Shown here: positions 30,028 through 38,808 of the stretch, piece by piece
Position numbering within the stretch: the stretch's first letter is position 1
How the letters are laid out: the number at the start of each line of letters is the position of its first letter
Assembly (NCBI GenBank): GCA_943787795.1
Contig: CALSNU010000002.1
Span: forward strand, 128,001-192,000
Source: an uncultured bacterium
GTDB lineage: Bacteria > Planctomycetota > UBA1135 > GCA-002686595
Length of the DNA stretch: 64,000 nt
Direction: 5' to 3'
Program-made: the position numbers and the translations under genes
The notes under the pieces: generated by a model
Told to the model about the DNA's origin: nothing
The model's database searches: none
Seen by the model: only the letters and a program-made list of their open reading frames with translations

Positions 30028-30843
30028 ATGGACCTGAGCTTCCCCCATGAGCCGACTGCGGACCTCCTGGAGCAGTTCCAGCGGGACGGACACATCACCC
30101 TCCGTCGGCTCCTCGATCCGCTGGAACTCGAGGTTCTCGAGCCAGGCCTCTCCGCGGCGGTACACCGCGGCGACCCGACCGCCGGAGTCCCCTGGGAGGC
30201 GCGCTCGACCTACGACCGCGCCTTCATCCAGGTCGGCGACGTGCACCGGCGCTCAGAGGATGCCCGTCGCCTCGTCTTCTCTCGCCGGCTCGCCTCCGCG
30301 GCCGCGGCCTTGCTGCGCGTGCCGACGATCCGCCTCTATCATGATCAGGCCCTCTACAAGCTCCCCACCGAGGGAGAGGGCGGCCACACGCCCTGGCACG
30401 TGGACCAGTACTACTGGCCCATGGCCACAGACCGATGCGTCACGGCCTGGATCCCGCTGGTCGACGTCCCCGACGACATGGGGCCGCTCACCTTCGCCAG
30501 CGGCAGCCACCGGCTCGAGGAGGGCCGCGACATCGAGATCTCCGACGAGAGCGAGGCCCGCTGCGACCGTGCCCTGGCCGAGGGCGGGTACATGCGCAGC
30601 CGGGAGCCCTTCGATCTGGGCGACGTCTCGTTCCACCTGGGGTGGACGTACCACAGCGCGCCACCCAATCGCAGCACCAAGGAGCGCAAGGTCATGACGG
30701 TCATCTACATGGACGGCGAGATGCGAGTCGCCGCGCCGTCCAACAGCCACCAGCACGACGACCTGAGAAAGTGGCTGCCCGGCCTGGCACCCGGGGACCT
30801 CGCCGCCAGTGAGGCGAACCCCCAGCTGTGGCCCGCAGGATGA
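30028..30843 (+). CDS. Phytanoyl-CoA dioxygenase (PhyH) family Fe(II)/2OG enzyme
   Basis: TPWHVDQ, TAWIPL, GSH, TYHSAPPN...R; GGAG RBS. Confidence 0.92.
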   Translation: MDLSFPHEPTADLLEQFQRDGHITLRRLLDPLELEVLEPGLSAAVHRGDPTAGVPWEARSTYDRAFIQVGDVHRRSEDARRLVFSRRLASAAAALLRVPTIRLYHDQALYKLPTEGEGGHTPWHVDQYYWPMATDRCVTAWIPLVDVPDDMGPLTFASGSHRLEEGRDIEISDESEARCDRALAEGGYMRSREPFDLGDVSFHLGWTYHSAPPNRSTKERKVMTVIYMDGEMRVAAPSNSHQHDDLRKWLPGLAPGDLAASEANPQLWPAG

Positions 30844-30893
30844 GCACCGGCCTCCGGCGTTGATGCTCGGCGCTGCACCTTGGCAGCCGCCTC

Positions 30894-31541
30894 TCAGCGC
30901 TTGGCCAGCGCTTCGGTCTCCGCCGCACACTCCGCCTTGAGGCGCAGGAGCTCGGCGCGCACATGGGGCGGGAGGTTCGGTGCCAGGGCGCGGTCGAATT
31001 GGCCGCTGGCGAGCTCCCAGCCGTCCCTCTCCATCAGCTCCAGCGCACGGATGGCGTGGAGCACGGTCCCCGCTGGCGTCTGCTGCTCGGACCAGCGAGC
31101 CTCGGTCACCTCGATCCACGCCCGGCCCGCGTGCATCTCTCGAACGACGACCTGGAGCTCCAGGCGATCGTTGGAGCCCGCGGCGGCGAGGGCCGCAGCG
31201 GCCATCGAGCCGCGGCGCGCGAAGAGCCGCGCCTGGGGCGCGTCAAACTCCTGCTTGATCCAGAGGAACTGCTCGTCGGCCCAGAACTCGAAGGCGCGGA
31301 AGGCTCCCGGGTCGAAGCGAGTCAAGAAGGCGCTCCAGTCATCGACCTCCCGGCAGACCTGAGCCAGGACTCGCTGGGGTTCGCCGAGGCGAAGCTCTGG
31401 CCGCTGGCTCAGGTCGAGCACCGAGACCGTCGGCGCCTCTGCGACCGCGGTGGGCGAGCCACCCAGAGAGGCCGGGTCCGAGGGAGCCGGCGCCTGAAGC
31501 AGCATGGCAGCGGCGAGGGGTACGGTGAGGAGGTCGAGCAT
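30894..31541 (-). CDS. Exported hypothetical protein
   Basis: Signal-like N-terminus, GC3 bias, C-terminal TPR-like helices. Confidence 0.7.
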   Translation of the reverse strand: MLDLLTVPLAAAMLLQAPAPSDPASLGGSPTAVAEAPTVSVLDLSQRPELRLGEPQRVLAQVCREVDDWSAFLTRFDPGAFRAFEFWADEQFLWIKQEFDAPQARLFARRGSMAAAALAAAGSNDRLELQVVVREMHAGRAWIEVTEARWSEQQTPAGTVLHAIRALELMERDGWELASGQFDRALAPNLPPHVRAELLRLKAECAAETEALAKR

Positions 31542-31621
31542 GGGCGCGGGGTCCGAGCAAGCCCTCGGCGCCCCGACGCGATGACATCGACAGGATCTCC
31601 CCGCTCCTTGAGGTCCCTGGC

Positions 31622-33448
31622 TCAGCGCCCGTGAGCGGCCTGCCAGGCCGCCATGGACGCCCGCAGGTGCACCGGGGCTGGGAGTCCGATCCCGTAGGCC
31701 TGGAGGCCCACGGGGCCCTCGAAGCCCACCTCATCGAGTAGGCGGAGCAAGCCACCCAGATCGTGATCCCCCGCACCCAGAGGCTGGATCAGCTTCGCCC
31801 AGCTCTCCCCGTCGACGTCGGCTCCGTTGACGGTCACCGCGAACAGGCGCTCCCCCGCCCCACGCAAGGCGGCGGCGGGGTCCGTCGCGTCCTGGACCCT
31901 GAGGAAGTGACAGAGGTTGAAGCAGACACCCACCTGCGGGCTGTCGAGCTCCTCCGCCAGCGCGAGAGCCTCCTCGTCGGTCTCCATCCAGAAGCCCGCG
32001 TGCGGGTAGAGCGCGAGCTCCACCCCGGTGGACTCGGCCAGCGCCGCGAGGTCCGCGAGGAGGCCGAGGGCGACGCCGCGCTCCTCGCGGTCTGTCGGCC
32101 ACTCGAAGTCCCGGGGGAAGCTCGACCGAAGCCCGAGCCAGACCATCCCGGGCCCGCCCGTCATCGCGGTCATCGCAGCGCGCAGCTGCTCGACGCCAGA
32201 GCCCTCGGGGTCAGCCAGGTCCAGCACGTGGTAGGCACTCCACAGGTCGCCCCCCGCCGCCTCCGCGGCGGCCCGGACCTCGCCCACGCGATCGCTCCCC
32301 CAGGCGATGCCGTCAAAGCCGAGCTCGAGGGTCAAGCGGGCCTGGTCCGCGGGCGCGCCCGGTCCCGTCCCGGTGTGCATGGCGACGAACGGACGCCGCG
32401 AGCCGTGGGAGCGGCGGTCCGCCGTCGCCGGTCGCCAAGCCTCCACCGACCACACGCCGTCGTCATCGAACGACAGCAGGCACTCGTCCCGACCGATCAG
32501 CCGCCCGGAACCCGACGGCGAGGTGAAGCGGGCGCGCACGGAGCGATCCGGGCCGCTCGAGAGCTCCACGCGGGCCGCGCCAGGGAAGGGCGCGCCGCTG
32601 CCGCGCATGGTGCTCGCCAGCTCAACCGCCACCTTCTTGGCGGAGCGACGCTCCCCTCCGCCCTCGTCCACGGAGGACGCGAGGAAGGGCTCCACGATAC
32701 GCGGGTCCAGTCGAGACATGGCGTCAGCGAAGCCCAGCGCGAGGACCCGCGGCTCCAGCCGTGGATCAGGCGCGGCCACCCGGAAGGACATCACGTGCTG
32801 CCAGGGCAGGTCGTCGGTCTCGCGGGCGAGCTCGAAGCCGCCGGCCGCCATCTCGCGAAGGACCTGGGCCTTGCTCATCTTGTGCCGCAGCTTGATGGGG
32901 ACGGATCGGTCCTCGGAGCGGAACTCCACGAGCACCACCTCACCGCCCGGCCGCAGCGCCTTACGGATGTGGCCCAGCACTCGCACCGGGTGCGAGAGCT
33001 CGTGGTAGACGTCCACCATCAGCACGACGTCGCAGGAGCCCTCCGGGAGCCGCGGGTCATCCACCGTCGCCTCCACGTACTCGAGGTTCTCGAGGCCCTT
33101 GTCCTCTGCCCGCTCCCGCAGGAGCATCAGCATCTCTGGCTGCAGGTCGACGGCGAAGACCCGGCCCGCAGAGCCCACATCCCGCGCCAGCGGCAGGGTG
33201 TGGTAGCCGTTGCCGCACCCCAGATCACAGATCGCATCCCCAGGCGCCGCCGCCAGCCACGCGCGCAGCGCCGCACCGTTCTCTTCGTCCTCCCGGGTCT
33301 CTCGCAGGAGCCAGGGAGCGCCCGCCCAGTGCATGGTCCTCGCGATCCGTCGACCGAGGTATTCGTCTCGCCCTTCCGGCGATCCCTCGGGATCAGCTCC
33401 GTCCTGGAGGGAGAGGGCGAGGAGGCCGAGGCAGAGCAGGTGAATCAT
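31622..33448 (-). CDS. Fusion: exported class I SAM methyltransferase plus xylose-isomerase-like TIM barrel
   Basis: YLGRRIARTMHW.GA.WL, DLGCGNG, VDVYHE; C-terminal LYPHAGFW, FNLCHFL, LIQPLG.G, GPVGLQ. Confidence 0.88.
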   Translation of the reverse strand: MIHLLCLGLLALSLQDGADPEGSPEGRDEYLGRRIARTMHWAGAPWLLRETREDEENGAALRAWLAAAPGDAICDLGCGNGYHTLPLARDVGSAGRVFAVDLQPEMLMLLRERAEDKGLENLEYVEATVDDPRLPEGSCDVVLMVDVYHELSHPVRVLGHIRKALRPGGEVVLVEFRSEDRSVPIKLRHKMSKAQVLREMAAGGFELARETDDLPWQHVMSFRVAAPDPRLEPRVLALGFADAMSRLDPRIVEPFLASSVDEGGGERRSAKKVAVELASTMRGSGAPFPGAARVELSSGPDRSVRARFTSPSGSGRLIGRDECLLSFDDDGVWSVEAWRPATADRRSHGSRRPFVAMHTGTGPGAPADQARLTLELGFDGIAWGSDRVGEVRAAAEAAGGDLWSAYHVLDLADPEGSGVEQLRAAMTAMTGGPGMVWLGLRSSFPRDFEWPTDREERGVALGLLADLAALAESTGVELALYPHAGFWMETDEEALALAEELDSPQVGVCFNLCHFLRVQDATDPAAALRGAGERLFAVTVNGADVDGESWAKLIQPLGAGDHDLGGLLRLLDEVGFEGPVGLQAYGIGLPAPVHLRASMAAWQAAHGR

Positions 33449-33622
33449 GTCGGGACGCTGCGGGGGTGGGAAGCGCGAGGAGGCGGGAGAGGTGCCGGTC
33501 GAGGGACGAGCGGGGCTGTCTACGAATGTGACACGCTAAGGAATCGCCGACGGACGATCCGAGCGGTGTCTCGAATCGGTCGATGACGGGGCCATGCGGG
33601 CCGTCCCCTCCCGCTCCCCACC

Positions 33623-34225
33623 ATGCGCGATTCGTCTCACCAGCCCTCAGCGATGCCTCCTCTCCTGGAGCGTCCGCTCCAACGCAGCCCGTCCGGCGCC
33701 GGCTTCGCGCTCATCGAGATGGTGATCGCAGCCTCGATCCTGATGATCGGCGCCCTCGGCTTCCTGCAGCTCTTTACCGCCGCCGCCGATCTCAACGGGG
33801 CCAACCGGGAGGGGGCCGTCGCGCGCGAGGCCGCCCAGCGGGCCCTCACACGACTCGCCGCCTTCGAGCCCCGTGAGAGCCTCTTCGCGCTCCACAACGA
33901 GGACCCCGCTGATGACCCTGCGGGCGAGCCCCTCGCGGGCTTCCTGCTCTCGGGCTTCGAGGTCGACGGGCTCTCGCCACGGGCCAACGACCCCGACGGC
34001 CTCGTGGGGCGCGTGATCTTCCCGATCGATCCCATCACCGGCGCCCTGCACCCCGAGTTTCAGTCCTCTGACTTCTCCGTTGCTCCCGCCCTCATTGGCG
34101 CCGGCGTCTCGGCGGAGGTGGCCCAGGCCTATGGCCTGTTGCTCCCCATCGCCGTCCGCCTCGAGTGGCAGCACAAGGGCCGACCCGTCCAGCACGAGAT
34201 CGTCACGCTGATCTCACCTCGATGA
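33623..34225 (+). CDS. Prepilin-type minor pilin (PilV/GspI-like)
   Basis: Class III signal G|FALIEMVIA; start could be 33653. Confidence 0.85.
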   Translation: MRDSSHQPSAMPPLLERPLQRSPSGAGFALIEMVIAASILMIGALGFLQLFTAAADLNGANREGAVAREAAQRALTRLAAFEPRESLFALHNEDPADDPAGEPLAGFLLSGFEVDGLSPRANDPDGLVGRVIFPIDPITGALHPEFQSSDFSVAPALIGAGVSAEVAQAYGLLLPIAVRLEWQHKGRPVQHEIVTLISPR

Positions 34226-34887
34226 AGCACCTCCCGAAGACGTCCTTCTCCGGGGTTCGCGGGGGCTTCACCCTGCTCGAGGTCCTGATCGCGCTCACGG
34301 TCCTCGCCCTGCTGCTCTCCTCCGTCGGGCTCCTCGCGTCCGGCAGCAAGAACGCCTTCAGCCGCGGCACGACCGTCAGCGCCATGGAGCTGCGAACAGG
34401 GCTCACCAGCAGCGTCATCCGGAGCGAGCTCTCCCTCGCCCTGGCCGGCTCGCTCATGCCAGAGATCCAGTCCGGCCAGCGGGTAACGGAGCTCACCTAC
34501 GTCCGCGCCTTGGGCTGGGAAGGCGAGACCACCATCACGACCGCGCCGCGGACCCTGCGCTTCGAGATCGACCCCACGGAGGCCAACAACGGCGCCGATG
34601 ACGACGGTGACGGGCTCATCGATGAGGGCATCCTCGTGCTGATCGAGGATGTGGGGCTCCCCACCGAGCACCGCCGCGTCCTCGCCCGCGGCCTCGCGGA
34701 GTACGCGGAGGGAGAGGTCTTCAACGGCGTTGACGACAACGGTGACGGCCTGGTGGACGAGTCAGGCTTCGCCATCGAACGCATGGGCGCCGCTCTCGAG
34801 GTCACCGTGACCCTCGAACAACGACCCCCCGGGCGCGAAGAGACCATCCAGAGAACCCTGCGGAGCTCGATCCTCCTGCGAAACTGA
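34222..34887 (+). CDS. Prepilin-type minor pilin (PilW/GspJ-like)
   Basis: G|FTLLEVLIA; two NG.DD.GDGL.DE motifs; ATGA overlap with upstream gene. Confidence 0.88.
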   Translation: MKHLPKTSFSGVRGGFTLLEVLIALTVLALLLSSVGLLASGSKNAFSRGTTVSAMELRTGLTSSVIRSELSLALAGSLMPEIQSGQRVTELTYVRALGWEGETTITTAPRTLRFEIDPTEANNGADDDGDGLIDEGILVLIEDVGLPTEHRRVLARGLAEYAEGEVFNGVDDNGDGLVDESGFAIERMGAALEVTVTLEQRPPGREETIQRTLRSSILLRN

Positions 34888-36170
34888 TGAAGCTAACACG
34901 CCCCCTGAACCACGATGCGCCGACGACATCACGCGAAGCGAGCCGGTCCGGCTCGGTGCTCGTGACCGTCATCATCTTCGTGATGGTCCTCGCAGGACTG
35001 GGGAGCTCGATGCTCCGCGTTGACCTCTCGATCTCCAACAGTCGCCGCTCCGATGGCGCTGCGCAGCGGGCCTACTTCGCGGCCGAGTCCGGGATCGATG
35101 AGGCGTTCATTCTCCTCCGCTCGCGGCTGCTGGCACCTGAGGAAGGCGACACGGTCACCGTCGGCAGCGAGCAGATCCCGAGGACCCTCGCCAACTCAAG
35201 CTACTGGGCCGAGGTGACGCGGCTGGATGCCTGGCGCTTTCAGGTCATCGCCACCGGCGCCTGCGACGACGAGCGAAAGCGCCAGGAGTGCGTCTTCACC
35301 ACGGCCCCGGACGGCTTCTTCCAATACGCGGCCTTCGCGAGGGACGGCCTCTCCCTGGGCGACGGCTCGGTGACGAACAGCTACGACCCGACGCTGGGCA
35401 CCTTCGCCAGCCAGTCCTCCCGTGGCAACGGAGGCGTGGGAGCCAACGGCAACGTGACGCTGGGCGGGAACACGCTCATCAACGGGGACGCGGTCACGGG
35501 AGAGGGGGGCTCGATCATCGAGAACGGCGCCAATGTGGTCATCACCGGCGACCGAGGCTCCCTCGACGAGGGCATGACGTTCCCGCCCATCGAGCCGCCC
35601 GTGGTCACGTCGAGCGGTCCGCTGGACGCCACGGCGGACTCCACCATCGGGCCGGGTCTCATCGGCTTCGACGAGGTCTCGGCGGAGGGCGGTACGACGC
35701 TGACCATCGAGGGTCCCGCGCAGATCGTCATGTCGAGCTTCACCCTCGGCGGGGGGAGCTCGCTGGTCATCGACAGCTCCAACGGGCCCGTCGAGATCTA
35801 CACCGCGGGCGACTGGGACATCAGCGGCGACTCGGCGGTCCGGACCACCAGCGAGTCCGCGCGCGAGTTCCAGCTCTTCATCGGGGGTGACACCGACAGC
35901 GGCGCCGACCCCGCTACGGTGAGCTTGAACGCCAACACGGTGCTCCACGGGGCGATCTACGCCCCCGACGCTTCCATCAGCGTGCCGGCTGACTTCGAGC
36001 TCTTCGGGAGCCTGATTGCGCGCAGCCTCACCTTCGGCGAGGCCGCTCGCCTGCACTTCGACGAGTCGCTCCTCTACGAGTCTGACGAGGAGACCCTCTC
36101 GCTCGAGACGCTGATCTGGCGCCCCGTCTCCTCAGACGGGACCCCCGAGTCAGGCACGCCAGGCGCCTGA
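34887..36170 (+). CDS. PilX/GspK-like protein with C-terminal beta-helical domain
   Basis: G|SVLVTVIIF lacking E5, AYFAAESG; SYD...G, GAIYAP, LHFDESL; TGATG overlap. Confidence 0.85.
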   Translation: MKLTRPLNHDAPTTSREASRSGSVLVTVIIFVMVLAGLGSSMLRVDLSISNSRRSDGAAQRAYFAAESGIDEAFILLRSRLLAPEEGDTVTVGSEQIPRTLANSSYWAEVTRLDAWRFQVIATGACDDERKRQECVFTTAPDGFFQYAAFARDGLSLGDGSVTNSYDPTLGTFASQSSRGNGGVGANGNVTLGGNTLINGDAVTGEGGSIIENGANVVITGDRGSLDEGMTFPPIEPPVVTSSGPLDATADSTIGPGLIGFDEVSAEGGTTLTIEGPAQIVMSSFTLGGGSSLVIDSSNGPVEIYTAGDWDISGDSAVRTTSESAREFQLFIGGDTDSGADPATVSLNANTVLHGAIYAPDASISVPADFELFGSLIARSLTFGEAARLHFDESLLYESDEETLSLETLIWRPVSSDGTPESGTPGA

Positions 36171-36216
36171 CGGAGGCTCGCGGTCCCAGCGTTGGGCCCC
36201 TTGCCCCAAGGGTCCC

Positions 36217-36888
36217 CTACGCGCTGGGTTCTTCAGCGCCGGATTGTTCAGAGTCCGATTCTTCAGAGTCCGATTCTTCAGAGTCTGATTCTTCAGGGTC
36301 CGATTCTTCAGGGTCCGGAGCTCGCATGAACCAGAGCCCCGAGTTCCCGTAGACCCGCGGCTTCTCCTCGTCCGACAGTCCCAGATCCTCGGGTCGCAGG
36401 TCCTTGGGGTGGGTGTGAAGCACGAGGACCCCACCGGGAACCACGGCCTCGGCGAGGACGGCCCGGACCACGGCCAGCATGGTCGCGCGGTCCCCGGGAG
36501 CCCGCCAGATCGGATAGGGCGGGTCCAGGAAGGCCACATCCGCCCACCGACTGCCGTCAGGGCGACGCCAGGCGTCCCCGATCAGCGCGTCGCCGGGGGC
36601 ATGCTCCACCTGGTCGTCGGAGACGCCGCAGGCCTCACAGTTCTTGCGGAGGACCCTCCGTGCCGAGCTCTCTTGCTCCACGAAGCGGACCCGACGCGCC
36701 CCCCGGGAGAGCGCCTCCAGGCCGAGGCCCCCCGAGCCGCTGAACAGGTCGAGCACCTCCGCGTCCACGATCTCGTCTCCGAGGATGTTGAACAGGTTCT
36801 CCTTCACCCGGCCGAGCATGGGCCGGGTGTCCTCGCCCGGGGGCGCGGCAAGCCGCCTCCCCTTGAATTCTCCGGTGATGATGCGCAC
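36217..36888 (-). CDS. rsmD: 16S rRNA m2G966 methyltransferase RsmD-like, with acidic repeat tail
   Basis: RIITGEFKGRRL, TRP, KENLFNIL, LDLFSGSGGLGLEALSRGA, DPPY; GTG start 36888. Confidence 0.9.
   Translation of the reverse strand: MRIITGEFKGRRLAAPPGEDTRPMLGRVKENLFNILGDEIVDAEVLDLFSGSGGLGLEALSRGARRVRFVEQESSARRVLRKNCEACGVSDDQVEHAPGDALIGDAWRRPDGSRWADVAFLDPPYPIWRAPGDRATMLAVVRAVLAEAVVPGGVLVLHTHPKDLRPEDLGLSDEEKPRVYGNSGLWFMRAPDPEESDPEESDSEESDSEESDSEQSGAEEPSA
36242..36316. repeat. 15-bp coding tandem repeat x5 (gattcttcagagtcc; D[S/P]EES)
   Basis: Units at 36242, 36257, 36272, 36287 and 36302. Confidence 0.95.
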
Positions 36889-36948
36889 GAGCGGAAGAGT
36901 AGCAGGCCCCCCGTTGGAGCAGCCCCTCCCGGCACCTAGGATTCGTGG

Positions 36949-37695
36949 GTGAGCAATTCCGTTCCGGCCCCCATCCCCCGCCTCCACGTCAACATCGACC
37001 ACGTGGCCACCGTCCGGCAGGCCCGCCGGGAGGCGTTCCCTGACCCGGTCGAGTGGGCGCTGCGCTGTGAGACCGCCGGAGCCCACGGCATCACCTGCCA
37101 CCTCCGCAAGGACCGCCGCCACGTTCAGGATGCGGATATCCACCGGCTACGCGAGGCCGTCACGACCCTGCTCAACCTCGAGTGCAGCCTCGATGAGTCG
37201 ATGCTCACCATCGCCGAGAAGAGCGGCTCCGAGGCTTACTGCCTCGTCCCGGAGAACCGCCTGGAGATCTCCACGGAGGGCGGGCTTGACGTCATCCGGG
37301 AGACGCCCCGCCTGAGGGACGCCGTCCCGCGCCTCACCGAGGCCGGCGGGGTCGTGTCGATCTTCATCGACCCGGACCCAAGGCAACTCGACGCGGCCGC
37401 CGCCCTGGGAGCTCCCTTCGTCGAGCTGCACACCGGGGCCTACGCCAACGCCCGCGGCGCCGTCCAAGAGGCTGAGCTCGCACGGCTGGCGGAGGCGTCG
37501 CGCTACGCCCGTTCGCTCGGGCTGAGGGTCAACGCAGGGCACGGGCTCGACTTCGAGAACACCGCCCCCGTGGCCGCAATCGGGGGAATAGAGGAGCTGA
37601 ACATCGGCTTCGCCATGGTCGCTCGTTCGCTCTTCGACGGCGTGGACCGCTGCGTGAAGGACATGCTGCGCCTCATCGAGGGAGCTCGAAGTTGA
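36949..37695 (+). CDS. pdxJ: Pyridoxine 5'-phosphate synthase
   Basis: VNIDHVATVRQAR, HLRKDRRH, TEGGLD, ELHTG, NAGHGL, ELNIG. Confidence 0.97.
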   Translation: MSNSVPAPIPRLHVNIDHVATVRQARREAFPDPVEWALRCETAGAHGITCHLRKDRRHVQDADIHRLREAVTTLLNLECSLDESMLTIAEKSGSEAYCLVPENRLEISTEGGLDVIRETPRLRDAVPRLTEAGGVVSIFIDPDPRQLDAAAALGAPFVELHTGAYANARGAVQEAELARLAEASRYARSLGLRVNAGHGLDFENTAPVAAIGGIEELNIGFAMVARSLFDGVDRCVKDMLRLIEGARS

Positions 37696-38606
37696 GCTCG
37701 GAGGACCTCGCCTACCTGCGCGGCGCGATCACAGCGCTGCCGACGCCCTTCCGCGACGGGGTCATCGACCTCGAGGCCCTGGACCGACTCGTGCAGCATC
37801 AAGCTCGCCAACGGACGACCGCGGTCGTGGTCGGCGGCGCGACGGGTGAGGGTTGGTCCCTCGAGGTCGATGAGGTGGGCCAGCTCGTGGCCCGCACCGT
37901 GGCCAGCGCGGAGGAGAGCTCGGACTATCGGCTGCGCGTGATCTTTGGCGTGACCGAGGTCAGCTCGGAGCGAGCGGCCAGGGTCGCACGGAACGCCGCC
38001 CTGGCGGGCGCCGACGCCCTCCTCGTGAGCGCTCCCCCCTTCGCCATGCCGGACGTCAAGGGGGTCATTGCCCACCTGCGCCAGATCCTCGATGCGCTCC
38101 CCAGCGATCTCCCGCTCATCACGATCAACGAACCGGAGCGGACGGGAACAGACCTCGACCCCGAGGCGCTCAAGGAGATCCTCGAGAGGGTCCCTGAGGT
38201 CGCCGCGCACTGCGAGGCCGGGGGTCGCCCCACCCGGGCCCGGACCCTGGCGGCCGAGCTCTCGATCCCCCTGCTGGCCGGCGAAGATCGAATGATCGGC
38301 CCGATGATCCGCAACGGCGCCCAGGGCGCCATCACGGTCGTGGGCAACCTGGTGCCCGGCGAGGTGGCGTCCTTCATCGAGGCCACCCGCGCGGACGATC
38401 CGGAGGCCGACGCGCTGGAACGCAAGCTCGCGCCGCTCATCGACGCCCTGCGCATCACGACCAACCCCGTGCCCATCAAGGGTGCCCTCGCTGCCCTCGA
38501 GGCGGCGCGGAACGACGTGCGAGCGCCCCTCCTGCGCCTCGACACCCGCCAGCGCACCGCCTTGGAGCGGTCTCTGACCCTGGCGCGGCTGCTGATCCCC
38601 ACCTGA
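37692..38606 (+). CDS. DapA/DHDPS-family TIM barrel lacking the Schiff-base lysine
   Basis: GAITALPTPF, GATGE, GADALLV, PERTG, NPVPIK; HCEAGG in place of IKEA. Confidence 0.85.
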   Translation: MSSEDLAYLRGAITALPTPFRDGVIDLEALDRLVQHQARQRTTAVVVGGATGEGWSLEVDEVGQLVARTVASAEESSDYRLRVIFGVTEVSSERAARVARNAALAGADALLVSAPPFAMPDVKGVIAHLRQILDALPSDLPLITINEPERTGTDLDPEALKEILERVPEVAAHCEAGGRPTRARTLAAELSIPLLAGEDRMIGPMIRNGAQGAITVVGNLVPGEVASFIEATRADDPEADALERKLAPLIDALRITTNPVPIKGALAALEAARNDVRAPLLRLDTRQRTALERSLTLARLLIPT

Positions 38607-38632
38607 GCGAGGCCCTCTCGGGTCGGCGCCCC

Positions 38633-38679
38633 TGACAGTTAGGCGCGCCAAAGTGGCACCCATGGATGCCAAAAGGGCG
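38633..38679 (+). promoter_or_regulatory. Three 13-bp boxes upstream of clpB, putative activator sites
   Basis: TGACAGTTAGGCG (38633), CGCCAAAGTGGCA (38646), TGCCAAAAGGGCG (38667). Confidence 0.5.
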
Positions 38680-38742
38680 TCAATGGGCAGCCTGACCCGG
38701 CCTGAGGCTGCCCCGGGGGGGCAAAGAGCGCGATCGGGGGCA

Positions 38743-38757
38743 TGGCATGCCCGTTGC
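38743..38757 (+). promoter_or_regulatory. Putative sigma54 -24/-12 promoter of clpB
   Basis: TGGCATGCCCGTTGC = GG-N10-GC, about 50 bp before the ATG. Confidence 0.65.
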
Positions 38758-38808
38758 CTTCTGGAGTGTCCGGTCCGCGTTCTGCGGGCCGAGCAGAGGT
38801 ACTCCAAC

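Noticed and set aside
38633..38700. CIRCE/HrcA operator upstream of clpB
   Set aside because: No match to TTAGCACTC-N9-GAGTGCTAA.
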